From assembly GCA_964016885.1 (NCBI GenBank), contig OZ024763.1, positions 8,370,001-8,434,000 on the forward strand: a stretch of 64,000 nucleotides of DNA, written 5' to 3'. Source of the stretch: Eledone cirrhosa. Lineage: Eukaryota. The notes under the pieces were generated by a model. That model did not search any database, was not told where the DNA came from, and was given only the letters and a program-made list of their open reading frames with translations. The position numbers and the translations under genes are program-made. Of this stretch, positions 60,990-64,000 are shown piece by piece. The first letter of the stretch is position 1; each line of letters starts with the position of its first letter.

Positions 60990-61795
60990 TGACAGTAATC
61001 GCTAGAGGTTCAGACACCATGCTTTGCGGCATAGAGTTATGGCACTTTACGTTCTGAGTTCAAATACCGCCGAGGTTAACTTTGCTTTTCATCTTTACCT
61101 GGGTTGATAAAATAAAGTACCAGTAATACACTGAGGTAATTGCTGGCCTTGTGCCAAAAGTAGAAACAATTATTATTTGGCAGTAATCAGTAGAGGGTCG
61201 GACGCCATGCTTTGCAGCATAGAGTTGCGTCTCTTTACGTCTGAATTCAAATCCCGCTGAGGTTAACTTTGTCTTTCATCCTTACTGGGGTCGATAAAAT
61301 AAAGTACCAGTAATGCACTGGGGTCGATTTAATCGATCCCCCCTCACCCACCCCTCCCCCCTCTAAGATTGCTGGCCTTGTGCCTAAAGTAGAAAACATT
61401 ATTGTTATTATTGGTTTCTGCTTTAAGCACAAGGCCAGCAATGTTTAAGGGGTGGGTAGGGGAAATTCGATTAAATCGACCCCAGTGCATTACTGGTACT
61501 TTATTTTATCGATCTTGTAAGGATGAAAGACAAAGCTCCAACCGAGGTTAACTTTGCCCTTCATCCTTACAAGGTCGATAAAATAAAGTACCAGTAATGC
61601 ACTGAGCTCGATTGAATCGACTTTCCCCTACCCACCCCTTAAACATTGCTGGCCTTGTGCCTAAAGCAGAAACCAATATAATTATTGATATATTCTTATT
61701 TATGTTCATCCTCCTCTCTCTCTCTCCTCCCCCTCCCCCCTCCCCCTCCCCCTCCCTTATCTCAAATTGCCGGCCTTGTGCCTCAATCAGAAACC
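60990..61795. mobile_element. Cluster of 4-5 SINE copies in mixed orientation (+,+,-,+, partial +)
   Basis: Units at ~60990-61175, 61178-61405, 61412-61535 (minus), 61543-61680, 61765-61795. Confidence 0.85.
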
Positions 61796-62078
61796 GTTTA
61801 TTTCGATGGAATAATTTGATTAAAAGAAAAATAAACAATAATTATAGAAAACAAAAAAAATAATAATAAAATAACTAAACGGAAACAAAAACAACAACAA
61901 TAACAAAATGAACAAAACAAAATTGTGCAGACTTGTGCTGCCTCGTTAGAGTGAGTTTTACTGGGAGGCTATAGACATGAGATAAGAGAGAGAGAGAGAC
62001 ATAGATATAGATAGAGTGAGGGAGAGAGAGAGGGGAGATAGATAGATAGAGTGAGAGAGACAGAGAAATTCAAACGTG

Positions 62079-62143
<65 letters not shown>

Positions 62144-62270
62144 GTTTGAATTTCTCTGTCTCTCTCACTCTATCTATCTATCTCCCCTCTCTCTCTCCCT
62201 AACTGTCTCTATGTATAACTTATTTATAATTTATAGCTTTTAAAATTATAAACATTTATAATATATATAC

Positions 62271-62312
<42 letters not shown>

Positions 62313-62323
62313 TAAATCCATAT

Positions 62324-62380
<57 letters not shown>

Positions 62381-63007
62381 TCTATTTCACTGGGTGGTGG
62401 TTGTGTACCTGGATTCCAAACTCGCACTTAAATATTTCGTGCAATCAACCTTACCTGGCGACTGGACTCGTCACTGGTTTCAATATAGCAAATAGTTAGA
62501 CTCTATTATACTAACTAATTATATACTATACATACACCTATATATATATATATATATATATTCGTTTTTTTTTTTTCATGATAACACCACTGCTCTTTTA
62601 CAGAGTGCACTGGATGCTTATATATATATATATATAGGAAAATGTATGACCCCGACGGCAGAGCTCAAGCCGTTTCGACGGCTATTTCTACTACCCTAAG
62701 TATTGAGTACTCTGGTGCGTTATGGTCCATCTGGTTCCTTACCACAACTCCTTCGTTATATATATATATATATATATAATATATATATATGTATATAGTA
62801 ATAATAATAAATTTGAAGACTAAAATCCAAAGAGGGCTCGATAAGGATAAATATATTATTTTAATAAATATATATGTATATATATATATATGTAAAATAT
62901 ATATATGTATATATATGTATGTAGAAAGTAAACAGAAATAGTAACACAAACGGTACAGTATATGGAAGGAATATATTAGGTTAACGCTTAATATAGCAGG
63001 AAGAGAG

Positions 63008-63043
63008 TCTTAACGTTTCGGACGCTAGTCCTTCATCAGAAGA
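63008..63043 (-). ncRNA. Minimal hammerhead, family B, Penelope-type
   Basis: Minus strand TCTT CTGATGA A GGAC TAGC GTCC GAAA CGT T AAGA: stem I UCUU/AAGA, stem II GGAC/GUCC, palindromic ACGU stem III. Confidence 0.68.
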
Positions 63044-63146
63044 AAGAATGAGAAATAAGATAGATTGAGGGTCGGGTTGGTTGGTATTGGAAAAAATGTC
63101 TTTAGATAAAAATAACAGGTCCATTCATGTTGACATCTGTTAGAAA

Positions 63147-63191
<45 letters not shown>

Positions 63192-63194
<3 letters not shown>

Positions 63195-63375
63195 TTAAAT
63201 CCGTTATAACGAAATTCACGGGGTATGAAAAAATTGTTGGAATGAGAAATTCTTTATAATGAGATGGACCGAAACAAATCGGGCTTTTGTTTGTTATTAC
63301 CTCACGGGTTGAAAAGAAATACGTAATATTGAGAAATTCGTTATAATGGTATATGTTATAACGGAATTTTAACTG
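63192..63375. mobile_element. pogo/Tigger-like MITE
   Basis: TIRs CAGTTAAATCCGTTATAAC / GTTATAACGGAATTTTAACTG inside (TA)n; subterminal GAAATTC repeats. Confidence 0.72.
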
Positions 63376-63397
63376 TTATATATATATATATATATAT

Positions 63398-63545
63398 ATA
63401 TTGTTATACTTTGGGAGGGTCATGTTGCCAATAAAAACACGCACCTGTTGGTTCTATTGGCAACATGACCCTCCCAAAGTATAACAATATCTGTTTCAAC
63501 ACGCGTTTTCAGATAAGAAATTTTGCAGAACAAATTCAAAAATGG
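63398..63545. repeat. Hairpin-forming repeat family; other copies at 43476-43635 and 53331-53397
   Basis: ATATTGTTATACTTTGGGAGGGTCATGTTGCCAATA...TATTGGCAACATGACCCTCCCAAAGTATAACAATAT perfect arms plus shared tail. Confidence 0.8.
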
Positions 63546-63546
63546 A

Positions 63547-63655
<109 letters not shown>

Positions 63656-63820
63656 ATAATATATGTAAAGACTAAAATCCGAAGAGGGCTCGATAAGGAT
63701 TATAAGAAGATCCCGTTAAGGGTGATAGCAGCGATTCTTTGCTTAAACTTTAATCTGTTCTTATATATATATATATATATATATATATGATAGGTATATG
63801 TATACGTATATCTATACCTG

Positions 63821-63868
<48 letters not shown>

Positions 63869-64000
63869 CACACACAGACACACACTTTGCAACCCCCTAA
63901 CATATGTTTAACATTCGTCGGATCTGTAAATGCTCGAACGTCTCTCTCGAAATATCTTGGATGTTGCCAAGAGGATTGAATGTGTGTGTGTGTATGTGTG

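Overview
Eukaryotic, very AT-rich, microsatellite-saturated DNA, most consistent with an octopod cephalopod (inferred from the SINE types and the NOS sequence). There is one protein-coding gene, on the + strand: the 5' part of a PDZ-containing (nNOS-like) nitric oxide synthase. I could splice ten coding exons by hand into one open frame (25876-58628, 2513 nt) covering PDZ plus beta-finger, a long linker, the oxygenase domain and the start of the CaM-binding site. The reductase exons are not in the window. Intron 3 has a GC donor. Almost all long ORFs in the supplied track are microsatellite artefacts. The non-coding DNA holds tRNA-derived SINEs, RTE and Tx1 LINE 3' ends, a Helitron, MITEs and minisatellites. 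The most notable signal is several short repeat families sitting in (TA)n tracts that fold into type-I hammerhead ribozymes with covariation between copies, probably derived from Penelope-like elements. There are also repeated fold-back palindromes centred on microsatellites. All folds and family assignments were made by eye; nothing was computed or searched.
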